A stretch of DNA of 64,000 nucleotides from Setoptus koraiensis (taxonomy: Eukaryota > Animalia > Arthropoda). The stretch covers positions 10,230,001 to 10,294,000 of the forward strand of contig CM106586.1 in assembly GCA_048013815.1 (NCBI GenBank), read 5' to 3'. Below are positions 62,001 through 64,000 of this stretch, piece by piece. The notes beneath the pieces are model-generated. The model saw only the letters and a list, made by a program, of their open reading frames with translations. It was not told the DNA's origin and did not search any database. The first letter of the stretch is position 1. Each line of letters opens with the position of its first letter. A program made the position numbers and the translations under genes.

Positions 62001-63396
62001 ATTAATCAACAACCGAAAACAATTACACGAATATTGTCTGGTTACAGATATGACAACGAATCAGATTATAGATTGGTCTCAGCGGAAGATGACGAAAGTA
62101 ACGAAAGAGCAGTTTTATCGCTAGCCTATTGCATCACTGAATGCGAAAAAGACACACATTGTTCTTCGTTGGCATTCTGTCGCGAAGAAGATGAAAATTT
62201 GTGCCTCATAAGCAATATTAAAAATTTCACCTCACCTGATGCACAAAACAACAAGAAAAGCACTGATAAAACCACGGGTAAAAAGTCTATGAAGATGCAT
62301 CTGATTGATGGACATCAACTGAGGCGAGACTCAAGGTGTGAGATACACATCAAGAACTATATGGAATATTTTGATGCAATGCACGGTACGGTAGCCACCA
62401 TTGAGTCTATCGCCAATTGGAAAATCTACAAAGGTGTTAAGCAAGCAAATATTTGTGCCAAGAATTGCATCGAGATGCAAGAAAATTCAGCAAAGTCAGG
62501 ACAAGATCGAGCTCAGATTAAAAATGATTTCTCACTATTCGTGTATTGCAAACAATTGCAAGAATGCCTGGTTAGGATAGAGAATTCTCCCAAAAACGAG
62601 GAAACATCTCAACGAGAAGATTTAACAGAGCTTATTGAGCAATCAAGTAATTTAACGCGACGATACAACAGATTCGATTGCACAACATACAAATGTAAGC
62701 CGACATTGCTCAATAACTTTAGCAAACAAATTTCCTACCTAATATATATGTATATCACTGAATCAATTTTCTCAACTTTCTTCCGATATCTCTTTAGACA
62801 AGAACAAATTTCTATATGTCCCGGTAGAGCAGCGTCTCAAGAATTCAAAACCGTTCACAAGCATCAAGAAATATACTCTTGGGGCATGTTCAGAGAGATG
62901 TGCTTTTGAGGAAGATTGTGTCTCGTTTGATTTGTGTCAGGTTGTTAAAGAGAAGATAGACGATCATGAAATTCCGGAAAAGACAACATCATTAGATTGT
63001 CATCTCTATAATGTTAGCATGTACGATGATAATGTCGATTGGACTAACGATAAGCAAGAGCTAGATGAGTGGCTCGAAAGCCCGACGAAAAATGGAGAGA
63101 GGCTCATTAGCAGAGATTGTAAGCACTACGAACGAAAACAGGCGATCAATATGGGCAAGCAAATGAGTCAAATCAAATTAGAAAGATTAGATTCATCAAA
63201 TTCGATCATGTCCAATGGTCTATCTATACTAGCAGCTGCTTTCATAGGTATTTGTTTGGGTTTGTTGATTGGAACAGGAACTAGAAAAAGCAAAAATGAC
63301 GATAGGTATCGAGGATCGCTTGACATATCATACACCATGGAAGAAGAGAATCGACGACAATCGAGCGCATCTATCAGATCTGCGATGGTTGCATGA
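59023..63396 (+). CDS. Large type I membrane protein with three PAN/apple-like Cys modules; predicted exons 59023-59146, 59261-59503, 59599-59747, 59904-59976, 60084-60232, 60374-61442, 61549-62694, 62798-63396 (about 1180 aa)
   Basis: Signal peptide in exon 1 (VVLLLYLVVLIYLPFL); phase-consistent GT-AG joins linking six track ORFs; PAN-like C-x3-C...C...C patterns (CITECEKDTHCSSLAFC, CAKNC, CSERCAFEEDCVSFDLC); TM LSILAAAFIGICLGLLIG; AATAAA at 63432. The exon 4 acceptor is uncertain. Confidence 0.8.
60281..60335. repeat. 11-bp tandem repeat (CYAAACTAYAA) x5, intronic
   Basis: Read directly. Confidence 0.9.
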
Positions 63397-63685
63397 TTGA
63401 ACTCACTAGACCAATCACTCGATTCTTAACTAATAAAATCGACCCAGTATTAAAATCTAATCTTGACCTTGAGTTAGTTTTTCAGTCGTGTAACGAAGAT
63501 GTAACATCTTTTGATTTATTTATTTTCTTGGCGGTTTACTGTTCGCGCAAGCTACTGACAAACTCTCATATCTCAAATGTGCTCGAATATACGTCGATGA
63601 GATATAAGCCAGTTTGTTTCGATTCATTCTATGTGTGGGTCTTGAATTGTTGCTAACTCGATGAAGCTCTGCGGCATGTCGGCAG

Positions 63686-64000
63686 AATCAGATATTTCCG
63701 TGTCATTCGTTACGAAGAATGGGCATCATTTAGGACAGGCGAATTTCGACTGGATTTGGTTACAGTTGAAGAGCGCAAGACATACATAATTTACGGTGAA
63801 ACTGGAGAAATATTTCGTTATCAGCCATTCAGTTGTGTTACAATGAAAGATCATTCAGATGATCTTGGTGTTATGGCAAAAATGTTCAAAAAGTTTAACC
63901 TCAATCAGCACAACAAAAATTTTCATGATACATTCATATTCGGTCTAGGTCCTCTTTGGATGTTGTCTGATACTTGTCCGACTAAACGGTACTTGAAGGC
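63686..64000 (+). CDS. Partial coding exon running off the window end (absent from the ORF track)
   Basis: Frame open from 63657 to the end: LDEALRHVGRIRYFRVIRYEEWASFRTGEFRLDLVTVEERKTYIIYGETGEIFRYQPFSCVTMKDHSDDLGVMAKMFKKFNLNQHNKNFHDTFIFGLGPLWMLSDTCPTKRYLK; CTAAC branch-like site at 63653 and CAG acceptor at 63685. Confidence 0.55.

Noticed and set aside
21049-62124. Antisense and alternate-frame ORFs overlapping real genes (for example 32319..32606, 35232..35504, 45955..46155, 54067..54411)
   Set aside because: Shadow ORFs of coding sequence with no independent evidence.
63393-63396. ATGA stop-start overlap suggesting coupled translation of a dicistronic mRNA
   Set aside because: A canonical AATAAA at 63432-63437 would end the upstream mRNA inside that ORF, so the overlap is probably coincidental.

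Overview
Eukaryotic (arthropod, most likely a very compact acariform mite genome such as an eriophyoid; this is inference from gene content, 50-400 nt GT-AG introns and many intronless housekeeping genes). No prokaryotic features, CRISPR, rRNA or recognisable transposon. The window has two parts. (1) 1-21 kb is gene-poor: a GC/CpG-rich block at about 3.9-13.1 kb full of short tandem arrays and spurious ORFs, a 3-exon phospholipid scramblase, and a few orphan exons. (2) 21-64 kb is gene-dense: hnRNP K-like, TSC2/tuberin, POLD2, CRELD, BTF3, Zasp-like LIM protein, tRNA-Gln(UUG), SSAT-like GNAT, RPB9, COQ6, a small secreted His-rich peptide, a basic orphan, DTL/CDT2, SmF, TBCE, ARNT/tango, a large PAN/apple-domain membrane protein, and a partial gene running off the right end that the ORF track misses. 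Exon structures were worked out by hand with phase checks. Gene identities come from remembered family motifs, not database searches. The main observations are a natural hexa-His secreted peptide, repeated apparent loss of conserved domains (TSC2 N-terminus and regulatory loop, TBCE CAP-Gly, hnRNP K KH3, Zasp PDZ, DTL tail, CRELD WE motif, SSAT catalytic residues), and repeated tandem amplification of one heptamer (TGGCAAC, an RFX half-site) in the GC-rich block. I do not see a clearly demonstrable new multi-gene system.
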